From: Vulcanimicrobiota bacterium
Lineage (GTDB): Bacteria > Vulcanimicrobiota > Vulcanimicrobiia > Vulcanimicrobiales > Vulcanimicrobiaceae
Direction: 5' to 3'
DNA: 64,000 nt
NCBI GenBank assembly: GCA_963812155.1
Contig: CAWETW010000003.1
Location: 416,001-480,000, forward strand
Below the pieces are notes generated by a model. It was not told the origin of the DNA, made no database searches, and saw nothing but the letters and a program-made list of their open reading frames with translations. Both the position numbers and the translations under genes were made by a program. The stretch's first letter is position 1. Every line of letters starts with the position of its first letter. Positions 40,836 to 51,185 of this stretch are shown here, in pieces.

Positions 40836-43580
40836 TTACGCTCGTTTCTCGGCAGCCTGCGCCGCCGGGGCGGTTGGTACGACGGAATCTATCGAGGCGG
40901 CGCAGTCCAGCGCCTGCTCTTCGGTAAGGCGGCTCCCGGCAGCCATCCGTTCCGCGAGCTCGTTTTCATTGTAACGTTCGTTGAGCAGACGCATCAAGCG
41001 TTCGTAGCCGATTCGCTCGGTGGTTTGGCGCGTGTCGTCGCCGGCATACTGCGCGCTCGTGAAGCCCGCAAGCAGCGCGGCGCGTTCTACGTCTCCGCTC
41101 AGCCCGGCAAGCAGCGCGTGATGTTCGAGCGCGGTCAGCGTCCAGCGCGCACCGGTCTGCCGCATGATGCGAAGCGCTTCCCGCAGCAACTGGCGGGCCT
41201 CGCCGAGTTCGTCGACGGCCATTGCATAGGCGGCGAGATTGCAGATGGCGAGGCCCAACGGCGCCGTGTTGAGGCGCTCGTAGGCGGCGCGCGCTTGGGC
41301 CGCCGCCTCGCGAGCCGCCGCGACGTTGCCGATCGCAAACTCGAGTTCTCCGATGTTGAGCAGTGCGCTCGCATGCGCCTCGCTGCCCGCGCGTTCGCGC
41401 GCCGCAACTTCGGTGAAGCGGCGGCGTGCGGTCTCCACGTCGCCGCGCTGCAGGCTCGCGACGGCCCAGTTGCGCAGCAGTGCGTTGAGCGCGACCGGCG
41501 CCAGCGTCGCGGCATCTTCGTAGGCTTCGGCGAATGCGCGTTCCGCTTCGTCGAAACGCCGGCCATCGCGGTAGACGCTGCCCAGCAATGCCAGCGCGTG
41601 CGCCTTTTCGTTGACGTCTCCGGACCGGCGTGCGGCAACTGCCGCATCGCCGGCGCGCCGTTCGCGGTGTGCGGTCGCGCGCCCGACCAGCCACTCCAGC
41701 CGCACGTGGTGGCGCATGACGCGTGCGTGGGTGAGCGCGTCGGCGTCGATGCCTTCGATCTCTGCCACCGCGTCGTACCAGCGAACCGCTTCGTGCGGCG
41801 TGGTAACGAGTTCGGGCCATTCCAAATGCGACAGGAGAACCAAGCCGCTCGTTGGGTCGCGGCGATTGACGACCGACCATTCCAATGCGCCGCGGAGGTT
41901 ATCTATTTCCGGTGCCAGCGCGTGCTGCCAGCGCTCGTCTTCGAGCCGATCGACGAGTTCCGCGCGTTCGCGAACGAGTCCGGCAAAGTACGCGGCGTGC
42001 TTGGCAGAAATCGTGTCGGCTTTGCCGGATGCGCCCAACTGCTCGCGGCCGTATTCGTGGATCGTGTTGAGCATCCGGTAGCGCCGCTCGTCGCCGCCGG
42101 GTTCGGCGACGACGAGCGATTTGGCCACCAGCCCGCCGAGGTTGTCGAGCACCTGCCACTCGTCGATGTCGTCGCCGGCGCAGACGGCCGAGGCTGCGGC
42201 GAGCGTCCACCCGCCGGCAAACGACGCGAGTGCCGCAAATATCGCGCGTTCGTCGTCGTCGAGCAGCTCGTAGCTCCAGTCGATCATGGCACGCAGCGTC
42301 TGCTGTCGCGGCAGACGGTCGCCGCCCTTTTGCGTGAGTAGGCGGAAACGCTCGTCGAGCTTCTCCGCGATCTGCTTCGGGCTCAGTACCGCCGCGCGCG
42401 ACGCCGCCAGTTCGATTGCGAGCGGGATTCCGTCGAGCCGCGTACAGATGTCGGCGACGACCGCAGCGTTCTCATCGGAGATCTCGAAGTTCGCGTCCAC
42501 CGCGCGCGCGCGCTCGGCGAAGAGCGCGACGGCAGCGGCGGTGTCGAGTGAGGGAAGCACGTAGGTCTGCTCGCCCGTAACGTCGAGCGGCTGGCGGCTC
42601 GAAGCGAGGATCTTCACGTCCGGACATGCGGCGGCGATCGCCGACACGATCCGCGCGACGGGTTTGGCCACGTGCTCGCAGTTGTCGAAGACGATCGGCA
42701 TCTGTTTGGTCTTGAGCGCGCGCGTCACGTCCTCGAGCGCATTATCACCGGCCGTCAGCGCGACGCCGAGTGCGTGCGCAGTGGTCGTTGCAACGTGACT
42801 ACCGCTGGAGAGTGCGCCGAGTTCGACCAGCCGGACGCCGTCGGTAAAATCGTCGGCGACGTCGGCAGCGACGTGGAGCGCCGTGCGGGTTTTTCCCACG
42901 CCGCCGGGTCCGACGAGCGTGACGATGCGGTGCTCGCGGACGAGCGCCGCGATTTCGTCGAGCTCCCGTTCTCGGCCAACGAACGAGGTGAGCTGCGCCG
43001 GCAAGTGCGCGCCTGCACTCGCGGCGCGCAATGGCGGAAATTCGGCGCGCAAATCCGGCGCGACGATCTGATAGACGTGTTCGCTGCGCTCGAGGTCTCT
43101 GAGCTCGTGTTCGCCGAGGTCGCGCAACGTAACGTCGGACGGAAGGTCGGCGCGCACGACCGCCGCCGTCGCGCCGCTGCAGATTGTTTGGCCGCCGTGC
43201 GCCGCGCCCAGCAATCGAGCGGCGCGATTGACGGCAGGTCCGAAGTAGTCGCCGCCGCGTTCGTCGGCCGTCCCCGTGTGAATAGCCGCCCGCACCGCGA
43301 GGCCGCCGGCGCGCGAAAAATCCTCGCCGGCCAGCGCACGTTGCGCATCGACCGCGGCTTGCAGCGCATCCATCGGACGCGGGAATGCCGCGCAAAACGC
43401 ATCGCCTAGGGCTTTGAAGACGTAGCCGCCGTGCCGCTCGATCGCGTCGCGCAGCAGCACATCGTGACGCTGTACGGCGTCCTCCATGGCCGCGCGGTCG
43501 CGCTCCCAACGGCGCGTGCTGCCCTCGATATCGGTGAAAACGAACGTCACCGTACCACTAGGAATCGCCACTTCTCGCAT
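40836..43580 (-). CDS. Class III adenylate/guanylate cyclase with NB-ARC-like ATPase and TPR repeats
   Basis: TFVFTDIEGST, GDAF, DYFGPAVNRAARL; FVGRE, GPGGVGKT, DNCEH, LDGIPLAIELAA, RQQTLRA.IDWSY. Confidence 0.92.
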   Translation of the reverse strand: MREVAIPSGTVTFVFTDIEGSTRRWERDRAAMEDAVQRHDVLLRDAIERHGGYVFKALGDAFCAAFPRPMDALQAAVDAQRALAGEDFSRAGGLAVRAAIHTGTADERGGDYFGPAVNRAARLLGAAHGGQTICSGATAAVVRADLPSDVTLRDLGEHELRDLERSEHVYQIVAPDLRAEFPPLRAASAGAHLPAQLTSFVGRERELDEIAALVREHRIVTLVGPGGVGKTRTALHVAADVADDFTDGVRLVELGALSSGSHVATTTAHALGVALTAGDNALEDVTRALKTKQMPIVFDNCEHVAKPVARIVSAIAAACPDVKILASSRQPLDVTGEQTYVLPSLDTAAAVALFAERARAVDANFEISDENAAVVADICTRLDGIPLAIELAASRAAVLSPKQIAEKLDERFRLLTQKGGDRLPRQQTLRAMIDWSYELLDDDERAIFAALASFAGGWTLAAASAVCAGDDIDEWQVLDNLGGLVAKSLVVAEPGGDERRYRMLNTIHEYGREQLGASGKADTISAKHAAYFAGLVRERAELVDRLEDERWQHALAPEIDNLRGALEWSVVNRRDPTSGLVLLSHLEWPELVTTPHEAVRWYDAVAEIEGIDADALTHARVMRHHVRLEWLVGRATAHRERRAGDAAVAARRSGDVNEKAHALALLGSVYRDGRRFDEAERAFAEAYEDAATLAPVALNALLRNWAVASLQRGDVETARRRFTEVAARERAGSEAHASALLNIGELEFAIGNVAAAREAAAQARAAYERLNTAPLGLAICNLAAYAMAVDELGEARQLLREALRIMRQTGARWTLTALEHHALLAGLSGDVERAALLAGFTSAQYAGDDTRQTTERIGYERLMRLLNERYNENELAERMAAGSRLTEEQALDCAASIDSVVPTAPAAQAAEKRA

Positions 43581-43639
43581 CTTCGCGTGCAAAAAGGCGT
43601 GCCCTCGTTCGGAGCCGGCGCGGAGGCCGCCTTACGCGC

Positions 43640-44392
43640 TCAGATGCTCAGGTCGACGATGAGAGCCGAGTGGTCGGTCAGGCGTTCGGTGCGGAACTCG
43701 TGGTCGTATTCGGCGCAACGTACCTTCGGCAAGAGCGCAGGCGAAACGAACGCTTTGTCAATGCGCCAGCCGCTGCGTCCCTCGTACGAACGGTCGAGCC
43801 GAAACGGCACCCAACTGTAATCGAGCGTATCGGGATGCTTCGCCAGCCACGCTTCCGCCCAGTATTGCTCGAGTTCGGCGTAGAGATCCGCGGTACTGAA
43901 CTCGTCGGCGAGACGGCCGGTGCGAACGTTGATCTCGATGTCGGTTTCGTTGCGTCCGGAGTTCAGGTCGCCGATGACCATCGCGTTGGCGCCGCGCTGA
44001 TTGTAGCGCTGCGCCGCAGCAATGAGGCAACGCAAATGCGGCCGCTTGCGATCTTGACCGGGCAAATACGCGCCGAACAGATCGAACGCCGGAAAGCGCG
44101 CGAGCAGCACGGCATTGGGATATTCGTCCTCCGAAAGGCCGAAGGGATTGCGGATGCTGTCGAACTCTTCGCGCGCGGCGATCAGCACGCCGTTGCCGCG
44201 GTGCCCTTGCGTCCACGCCTGATGCGCCAATCCGATGCCGTCGGCACGCTCGCGCAGGTAGGCGCCGGCCGGCGTATCGCGATACTCAGAGAAGACGGCG
44301 ACCCCGGCCCGGTGCCCGGCAACGCGCTCGACGAGCGGACCGATCGAGGATCGGCTCCCTCCCGAACGGACGTTGACGGCCAGAAGGATCAC
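43640..44392 (-). CDS. Endonuclease/exonuclease/phosphatase (ExoIII-like) protein
   Basis: NVR, SEY, GNGV, GDLN, GWRIDKAF, TDHSAL. Confidence 0.85.
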   Translation of the reverse strand: MILLAVNVRSGGSRSSIGPLVERVAGHRAGVAVFSEYRDTPAGAYLRERADGIGLAHQAWTQGHRGNGVLIAAREEFDSIRNPFGLSEDEYPNAVLLARFPAFDLFGAYLPGQDRKRPHLRCLIAAAQRYNQRGANAMVIGDLNSGRNETDIEINVRTGRLADEFSTADLYAELEQYWAEAWLAKHPDTLDYSWVPFRLDRSYEGRSGWRIDKAFVSPALLPKVRCAEYDHEFRTERLTDHSALIVDLSI

Positions 44393-44482
44393 CTTTGTCC
44401 CTTACCCAGCGTCGCCGGATAATGTTTGAACGGTGACGCCCCGGGCCACATCCAAGATGAGACCCTAAGATCGGAGAACGCC

Positions 44483-44689
44483 ATGCAACGCGACGACCAA
44501 CGCGTCCGCCGGGACGACCAACGCGACGAACTCGACGAAACCCTGAAGCCCGATATTCCCAGGCCGCACCGCACACCGTTGCCTCCCGACGAGGCACTGC
44601 GCGAAGCGCGCGACACCTACGGGGATAATTCGGCTTCCCCCAACCGCGAGGACCAGGAAGACATGCACCACGGCGCTTCCAATGAGTAG
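44483..44689 (+). CDS. Small acidic hypothetical protein
   Basis: GGAGA RBS, MQRDDQRVRRDDQRDELDE; overlaps the AKR start. Confidence 0.5.
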   Translation: MQRDDQRVRRDDQRDELDETLKPDIPRPHRTPLPPDEALREARDTYGDNSASPNREDQEDMHHGASNE

Positions 44690-45563
44690 CACCGGCACGC
44701 AAGCTGCGGACCGGCGTCCGGCGGCGGCGAGCGGCTCCTTCACCATCGGCGGCGATATGCCGGTGCATCGCCTCGGCTTCGGCGCGATGCGCATCACGGG
44801 CCCGGGAATCTGGGGCGCACCCGCCGATCACGACGAGGCGATTGCCGTGCTGAAGACGGCCGTCGAACTCGGCATTACGATCATTGACACCGCGGATTCA
44901 TACGGGCCGCACACTTCGGAAGAATTGATCGCGGAGGCGCTCTATCCATATCCCGACGATCTCGTCATCGCAACCAAAGCCGGGCTCGTTCGTCCGGCGC
45001 CAGGGCGCTGGGACCAGCACGGCCACCCCGACCACTTGCGATCGGCGATCGAAGGGAGTCTGCGCCGTCTGCGTGTGGATCGGATCGATCTGCTGCAGCT
45101 TCACGCCGTCGATCCGAAGGTACCGTTCGAGGATCAAGTTGGAGCCCTCGGCGCGCTGCAGCGCGAAGGGAAGATCCGTCACATCGGTCTGTCCAACGCT
45201 CTACTCCCGCAGATCGAGGCGGCTCGCGAGATGGCGACGATCGTCTCGGTGCAGAATCGCTACAATCTCGGCGACCGCGAACAGGAAGACGTGCTCGAGT
45301 ATTGCACGCAAGAAAACATCGCGTTTATTCCCTGGTTTCCGCTCGCGACGGGCGACCTCGCCAAACATGATGGCCCGCTCGCACAGATCTCCGAACGCCT
45401 CGGCGCGCGACCCGCGCAGGTGGCGATCGCGTGGCTCTTGGCGAAATCGCCGGTCATGCTACCGATTCCGGGCACGTCGAGCGTCGAGCATTTGAAGGAG
45501 AACGTCGAAGCGGCACGCCTCCATCTCGATGCCGCCGACCTCGAAGCGTTAGCCGGCGGTTAG
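44682..45563 (+). CDS. Aldo/keto reductase
   Basis: RLGFGAMR, IDTADSYG, ATKAG, IDLLQLH, GKIRHIGLSN, VQNRYN, PIPGTSS..HLKEN. Confidence 0.95.
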   Translation: MSSTGTQAADRRPAAASGSFTIGGDMPVHRLGFGAMRITGPGIWGAPADHDEAIAVLKTAVELGITIIDTADSYGPHTSEELIAEALYPYPDDLVIATKAGLVRPAPGRWDQHGHPDHLRSAIEGSLRRLRVDRIDLLQLHAVDPKVPFEDQVGALGALQREGKIRHIGLSNALLPQIEAAREMATIVSVQNRYNLGDREQEDVLEYCTQENIAFIPWFPLATGDLAKHDGPLAQISERLGARPAQVAIAWLLAKSPVMLPIPGTSSVEHLKENVEAARLHLDAADLEALAGG

Positions 45564-46261
45564 CAGCCGGAGAGCAGTTCGATCGAAACGAGTGTATCGG
45601 CTTTGAACGTGAAGCTCTGAATTTGACCGCACGGCTCGCCGCGGCTGTCGTTGGGCCCGTGCGTGAACGTCGTGTAGGAAATCGTCGTGAGACCCGGTTG
45701 ACCTTTTGCGGGGTGCGGCGCCGCCGCGCCGTAGATGTGCGCGAGTTGCTTCTGCGTCATCCCGAGCGCGACGCCACGCATCGTGTGGACGCCGCTGAGG
45801 TCGGCGTTGCTTACCGGTTTCGGCGGCGGCGCGACATTTGCGGTGAGCGCGAAGCCGCGCCAGGCGCAGCAGCCTTTGAAGAACAACACGATCGAGTGCG
45901 CGCGATCGTAGACGACGCTGCCTTTGATCGGTTCGGCCGTGCCGAAGACGAATGCGGTGCCGTGCTTGAGCGGCGCGCACACGCTTCCCGCGTAATTGAA
46001 GTCGTGCACCGGCAGCGTGGGTTTCACGCCGCTTCCGCACACGAAGTAGTCGTAACCGCGGATGACGATCGCGTGTTTTTTCGACCACGCATCGAAGCCG
46101 GTCTCGGGATCGGGCAGCCACTGCCCGATCGGCGGATTCCAAGCGGCGCCGTAGGTCTTGGCGGGATCGGATTGCGCGCCGGCGGCGGCCGCGCCGAGCC
46201 CCCAAGCCGCAATCGCGAGAGCGAGCAGCGGCGCACCGAACGCCAGGCGATAAGCAGGCAT
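45560..46261 (-). CDS. Secreted hypothetical protein
   Basis: Signal peptide; Cys-containing domain (GCCAWRG). Confidence 0.6.
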   Translation of the reverse strand: MPAYRLAFGAPLLALAIAAWGLGAAAAGAQSDPAKTYGAAWNPPIGQWLPDPETGFDAWSKKHAIVIRGYDYFVCGSGVKPTLPVHDFNYAGSVCAPLKHGTAFVFGTAEPIKGSVVYDRAHSIVLFFKGCCAWRGFALTANVAPPPKPVSNADLSGVHTMRGVALGMTQKQLAHIYGAAAPHPAKGQPGLTTISYTTFTHGPNDSRGEPCGQIQSFTFKADTLVSIELLSGC

Positions 46262-46340
46262 GCCGGCGAGGTGCGACGCGACGGAGGCCCGCGCCTCCGG
46301 CGGAGTTTTGGGTAAGCGTCCGCCGGGTACCATTCTCGGC

Positions 46341-46634
46341 ATGAAAAACGCTATTACATCCGCGGCACTTGCCGCAGGCCTTTTCTTACTCGCGATCCCT
46401 GCTGCGGCGCAAATGTATATTTACGTCTCGGCCGCGCCCCCAGCGCCTATAGTTGAAACGATTCCGGCAAGCCCGGGAGCCGGGTACGCGTGGGTCGGCG
46501 GCTACTACAAGTGGAATGGCTCCCGGTACGTCTGGGTGCATGGGCACTACGCCCGTCACGCCGGACGATGGTGCGATGGGCACTGGCATCACGGAGCGCA
46601 CGGATACTACTGGACGGAAGGCAAGTGGTGCTAG
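46341..46634 (+). CDS. YXWGXW repeat-containing protein
   Basis: Signal peptide, APPAPIVE..P..PG.GYAWVGGYYKW...YVWVHGHY...W..GHW. Confidence 0.88.
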   Translation: MKNAITSAALAAGLFLLAIPAAAQMYIYVSAAPPAPIVETIPASPGAGYAWVGGYYKWNGSRYVWVHGHYARHAGRWCDGHWHHGAHGYYWTEGKWC

Positions 46635-46665
46635 CGCTGCGCTAGCTCTTCGTCATCCCTCCGTT

Positions 46666-46700
46666 GCGTCGCCGGCGGCTGCCGCCGCCGGTGACGTTTA
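46666..46700. terminator. GC-rich hairpin between convergent genes, probable terminator
   Basis: 14-bp stem GCGTCGCCGGCGGC-TGCC-GCCGCCGGTGACGT followed by a short T run. Confidence 0.6.
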
Positions 46701-46717
46701 CGTGCGCCTTCGTAACG

Positions 46718-47656
46718 TCAGCGCGTCTGAACGATGCCCTGAACGCTGTAGCCCGGCATAAAGCCGTCGCTGTAACTGTACTCGTATGCAAACGAGGGAT
46801 ACGCGTAGACGTCGACCGCACTCTTACTGTAGTCGGTGACTTGAATGTTGGTATTGCTCGGATTGAGTGCACCGTAGAGCGAACCGCCATGAAGGTTAAA
46901 GGTCGCGATGTTCGAGCAGGACGCCGTCTTCGCGCTGCAGCGGTAGATGTAGGCGTGTGTGAACAGCGTTTGGATCGAGACGAGCGTATCGTTTTTGTCG
47001 AAGATGAGATCGCCGGGCGTGTTTTGGTTGACATAACCGCTCACGACGTGCCCGGGCATCTTGCCGCGCGGCCAGACTGCGAGCTGGACGGCGTCGGTGT
47101 GACTGTAGTACGACGCCCAGACGTTGCCTTTGGAGTCGACCGCCGCCGTTTCGAATTGGAGGATCGACGGATCGGTGAGCGACGATGAGCAGCCGTCCGA
47201 CGTGCAGACCGCGACGGTGGTGCCGCCGGCCGCATAAATCTTGCCGGCGCGAACCGCGACGTCAACCGGCGCGGAGTACGGATCGGCGATGCCCCGCACG
47301 AGCTGTCCGCAGTTGGGCGAGTACACGCCGATGACGCTCGTTTCGACGTTCGGCAGATAGAGATTGCCGGCACCGTCGGCGGCGATCTGCGTCTGCTCGA
47401 AATTTTGACTTCCGATCGAACACACCGGCGGGAGATTGGCCTTGTTCTGCGCTTTGAAACCGAAGACGACGCCGTCGGAAGAACCGTTTGCCTGCGTGAC
47501 GAAGACGCCGGCGCGGGCCGCTGCGGGCGCCCGTCCGGCGGCGGCTTGCGACGTTACGGCTGCGGCCGGTACCGGCAGTCCCGAGGGCACGGTGCCGGGC
47601 GATTGGGAGCAGCCTGCGGCAATAGCCGCGACGCCGATAAGAGCGATGCGTTTCAT
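46718..47656 (-). CDS. Secreted beta-propeller (NHL-like) lipoprotein
   Basis: Lipobox IAAGC; repeated AxDxxGNLY/VW motifs. Confidence 0.75.
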   Translation of the reverse strand: MKRIALIGVAAIAAGCSQSPGTVPSGLPVPAAAVTSQAAAGRAPAAARAGVFVTQANGSSDGVVFGFKAQNKANLPPVCSIGSQNFEQTQIAADGAGNLYLPNVETSVIGVYSPNCGQLVRGIADPYSAPVDVAVRAGKIYAAGGTTVAVCTSDGCSSSLTDPSILQFETAAVDSKGNVWASYYSHTDAVQLAVWPRGKMPGHVVSGYVNQNTPGDLIFDKNDTLVSIQTLFTHAYIYRCSAKTASCSNIATFNLHGGSLYGALNPSNTNIQVTDYSKSAVDVYAYPSFAYEYSYSDGFMPGYSVQGIVQTR

Positions 47657-47740
47657 ACTGCGATGTTACGAGCCCGGGATGAAGAAAACCTGAACGCCGG
47701 TTCGAGGAGCGCCGGACGCGAGCCTAAAAATTTCGACAGC

Positions 47741-49129
47741 ATGAACTTCGATTGCCGTTGTCCTCACGCGCGCTATTCGCCGCGCGTTTTTGCGGAGGCC
47801 GAGCGCTTGCTGGGCCGGCGGGCATTTCTCGCCGGTGCGGCGGCCGCGGGGGCGGCACTGTTGATTCCGTGGCGCGCGCAAGCCGCGACCGTCACCGTCA
47901 TCAAGGCGGCGCGTCTCTTCGACGGCCACGCCATGCACGCGCCCGGGGTGCTCGTCATCAGCGGCGACCGTATCGTTTCGCTGTCGGAAGGCGACGCCGC
48001 CAGCGGAGCGACGCTCGTCGAGTTGGGCGATGCGACGATCATGCCGGGGCTGATCGACTGCCACACGCACGTCGCCGATTTCGTGTTGCCGTCGCATTAC
48101 CTCACGCTGATGTTTCCGAAGTACCGCACGGCCGACAACGTGCCGGAGGCGACGATCTATAGCGTGCGCAACGCGCAAGCGATGCTGCGCAACGGTTTCA
48201 CGACGGTTCGCGACGTCGGCGGCGGCGCGGGCATCGATCTCGCGGTGCGCAACGCGATTGCGAACGGTGCGATCGCCGGTCCGCAGATTTTTGCCGCCGG
48301 CCAAGCCCTCTCGATCACCGGCGGCCACGGCGACTCCAACGACGTGCCGGGATGGGTGGAAGAAGACCCCAGCGTCAAGGGAGGCGCGATCGGCTACGGA
48401 CCGTACGGTTTTCGCGAACTCGTCCGCCAAAACGTTAAGCTGCACGTCGACGTTATTAAAATTCTCGCGACCGGCGGCGTGCTTTCGTACGGCGACGTGT
48501 GGGACATCCCGCAGTTCAACCTCGACGAAGTCCAAGCGGTCGTCGAAGAATCCACGAAGTTCCATCGCAAGGTCGCGGCGCACGCGCACGGCGACGAAGG
48601 CATCGCGGTGGCGGTGAACGGCGGCGTGCACTCGGTCGAGCACGGAACCGGCGTGAGCGAGAAGACGCTTAACGTGATGGTGCAGCGCGGCACGCATTTG
48701 GTGCCGACGATTTGGGCGCTCGACTCGATCCTGCAGCCCGGCAACCCAAACCACATTCCCGAGTCGTCGATTCAGAAGGCCGAATATGCCGCGACGTTGC
48801 GCAATGCCGGCATGCACCGTGCCGTTGCATCGAGCGTGAAAATCGCCTACGGCACCGACGCCGGCGTCTTCCCGCACGCACAAAACAACAAAGACTTCGC
48901 GCTGATGGTCGGGCTGGGCATGCGCCCCACCGACGTCATGCGGTCGGCGACGGCCAACGCCGCCGAACTCATCGGCGTGACCGATCGCGGCACGCTGGCA
49001 CCGGGCAAGCGCGCCGACGTCGTCGCGTTCAACGGCGACCCGAGCCGCGACGTCGCCTTAATGGAACGGCCGCCGGCGCTGGTGATCGCCGGCGGCCAGA
49101 AAGTGGACCTTTCGAAACTTACGGGCTGA
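47741..49129 (+). CDS. Metal-dependent amidohydrolase (prolidase-like), Tat-exported
   Basis: GRRAFL Tat motif; PGLIDCHTH, GFTTVRDVG, IKILATGG, AAHAHG, SVEHG, GTDAG, GKRADVV. Confidence 0.9.
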   Translation: MNFDCRCPHARYSPRVFAEAERLLGRRAFLAGAAAAGAALLIPWRAQAATVTVIKAARLFDGHAMHAPGVLVISGDRIVSLSEGDAASGATLVELGDATIMPGLIDCHTHVADFVLPSHYLTLMFPKYRTADNVPEATIYSVRNAQAMLRNGFTTVRDVGGGAGIDLAVRNAIANGAIAGPQIFAAGQALSITGGHGDSNDVPGWVEEDPSVKGGAIGYGPYGFRELVRQNVKLHVDVIKILATGGVLSYGDVWDIPQFNLDEVQAVVEESTKFHRKVAAHAHGDEGIAVAVNGGVHSVEHGTGVSEKTLNVMVQRGTHLVPTIWALDSILQPGNPNHIPESSIQKAEYAATLRNAGMHRAVASSVKIAYGTDAGVFPHAQNNKDFALMVGLGMRPTDVMRSATANAAELIGVTDRGTLAPGKRADVVAFNGDPSRDVALMERPPALVIAGGQKVDLSKLTG

Positions 49130-49186
49130 CCGCGATCGACCTGATATTTTCACCAGGCCCGTGCCTTGCGTCACGCCGTTCCTGCG

Positions 49187-49864
49187 CTAATGCATCAGCC
49201 CGGCAACCGCGTTCACGACGAGTGCGAGGATGGCGGTATTGTATGCGAAGGAGACGAGTCCGTGACCGAGCGCGAACGCGCGAATGTGGGCGCTCGTAAT
49301 TTGCACGTCGGAAACTTGGAACGTCATGCCGAGCACGAACGAGAAATACGCGAAGTCGAGATCGTTCGGTTCGTGCGCGCCGGGAAACACGAGTCCGGCG
49401 CCCGGCTGGTCGGCGGCATCGCGCCGCTGATAGTAGAGATGTGCGTATCGAAACACGAAGAACGTGTGAATTAGCAGCCATCCGAGCGCGACCGCCGCGA
49501 ACGCGAACAAATGGACGAAGACGGACTGCGACGACGTTAGATCGCCCGTCGACGGCAGCAGGATGTTGAAGGCCGAAATGAAGCCGAACACGACCGCGGT
49601 CAGCACGACGCCGAATGCCACGTTCCGTCCCGGATCTTCGCTCGCAGACCGCGCCTGCGTCGCCGCGACGTCGCTGCGAAGGATGACGTACCAATAGAAG
49701 GCCACCATTCCTAACGCAGCCGCATCGTAGACCGCCACGATGCGCGCCATGGCGGGAAACCATGGAGGAGCGAATACCATGACCGCGATCTGCGCGGCGC
49801 CGCCCGCGGCGGCCGCGACGGCGAGCGGGACCAGCGCGCGGTCGCGAAACCGCAGCTTCTTCAG
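49187..49864 (-). CDS. DUF1345 membrane protein; start approximate
   Basis: HTFF..RYAHLYY...GLVFPG..EP..LDFAYFSF.LGMTFQVSDV...H..VSFAYNT. Confidence 0.85.
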   Translation of the reverse strand: MKKLRFRDRALVPLAVAAAAGGAAQIAVMVFAPPWFPAMARIVAVYDAAALGMVAFYWYVILRSDVAATQARSASEDPGRNVAFGVVLTAVVFGFISAFNILLPSTGDLTSSQSVFVHLFAFAAVALGWLLIHTFFVFRYAHLYYQRRDAADQPGAGLVFPGAHEPNDLDFAYFSFVLGMTFQVSDVQITSAHIRAFALGHGLVSFAYNTAILALVVNAVAGLMH

Positions 49865-51081
49865 AGTTTGCCGCCGGATTTGATGGTCGAGTAGACGGCT
49901 TCCATGAGTTGCACGAGATGACTGTTCTTCTCGACCGGACGGCTGTTCGCAAAGATCGCGACGACGAGATTCGAGTCGGGGAAGTAGAGGTGCGCCGCAC
50001 GGAAGCCGAGCGTTTCCCCTTGATAGAACCAGAACGTGCCGAAGGCGGGAATGTATTTTTGCGCGACGCCGAGCCCGAAGCCGCCGGGATCGCCGGCCGT
50101 CGCCGCGCCGATGGGCTTCGCGGTTTTGGTGGAGTTCAAACTCAACAACTCGGCCTTTTGCTTTGCCGGCAATAGCGCCGTGCTTTGATACATCGCGCGT
50201 GCCCATGCGACGAGATCGGCCGGCGTCGAGACGATCGAACCTGCACCTTGGGCCCACGACAGGCTGAAGCGGCTGACGTCTTTCCCAACGAACTTGCCGA
50301 AGCCCGCATCGTCGTTCTCGTAATAGCCGGCGACCACACGCTTTGCAACTCCCGTCGGATAGACGTTCGACGTGTAGTATGTGTTCTTTAGGCCCGCGCC
50401 GGCGATAAGGCGCGCCATCGCCGCCGAAAAACTGTGGCCCTCGCTGCGCGCTGCGACGACTTCTTGGGCCAGCAGATATCCGGTGTTGGAATAATGGTAC
50501 TTAGTTCCGGGCTTGGAGAGGAACTTCGGATAGACCAGGCGGATCAGCCCGTCGGTCGACATATCGGCCATTGGGTTTGCAGCGAACGCTTTTTCCCACG
50601 CGGGCGTGTTGTCGTACGATTCGATGCCGCCGGTCATGCTTAAGAGCTGCCGCAACGTCAACTTCGCGTATGCGGGATATTCCGGCAGATATTTGCCGAT
50701 TGGAGCGTCGATTGACAGACGTCCCTGCGCCTCGAGCTGCAGCACCGCGACGGCGGTGAACGCCTTGGTGTTGCTGCCGATTTGGAAGAGATCGCTGGGG
50801 GTGACCCGTGGTCCGGCTCCGTAGCGCGTCGTGCCGGCCGTAAGGTTCAGCGCCGGCCCGTCGTTGGCGACGCTGACCGACATCGAAAGGGCGGAGAGAT
50901 GTTCCTTTTCGCCGCGCTCCTTCAGGTAGGCGTTCAGGTCGCGCTGGAGCGCAGCCGCAAGCGCTGCCGGGGAATGTACCGGTGAGGGCGCTGCGGCATA
51001 TCCCGGCTGCGCCTGCACGAGAACGAGCATCCCGAGCGCGACGTTGCGTGCAAACGGCACGCTGCGCTTTATCCAACTCAT
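49861..51081 (-). CDS. Serine hydrolase / D-Ala-D-Ala carboxypeptidase-like (beta-lactamase family)
   Basis: FQIGSNTK, LRQLLSMTGG, YSNTGY, AGSIVST, GETLGF. Confidence 0.9.
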   Translation of the reverse strand: MSWIKRSVPFARNVALGMLVLVQAQPGYAAAPSPVHSPAALAAALQRDLNAYLKERGEKEHLSALSMSVSVANDGPALNLTAGTTRYGAGPRVTPSDLFQIGSNTKAFTAVAVLQLEAQGRLSIDAPIGKYLPEYPAYAKLTLRQLLSMTGGIESYDNTPAWEKAFAANPMADMSTDGLIRLVYPKFLSKPGTKYHYSNTGYLLAQEVVAARSEGHSFSAAMARLIAGAGLKNTYYTSNVYPTGVAKRVVAGYYENDDAGFGKFVGKDVSRFSLSWAQGAGSIVSTPADLVAWARAMYQSTALLPAKQKAELLSLNSTKTAKPIGAATAGDPGGFGLGVAQKYIPAFGTFWFYQGETLGFRAAHLYFPDSNLVVAIFANSRPVEKNSHLVQLMEAVYSTIKSGGKL

Positions 51082-51185
51082 CGTTTCGGTTTTCGCGAAT
51101 GCTGCGAACCGTCCTCGATGGCCCGTTCCCCGAAGTCCCAGCTCGCAGGAGTGTCTTACTGGTTTTCGCAGAAATGGGCGGCGTA

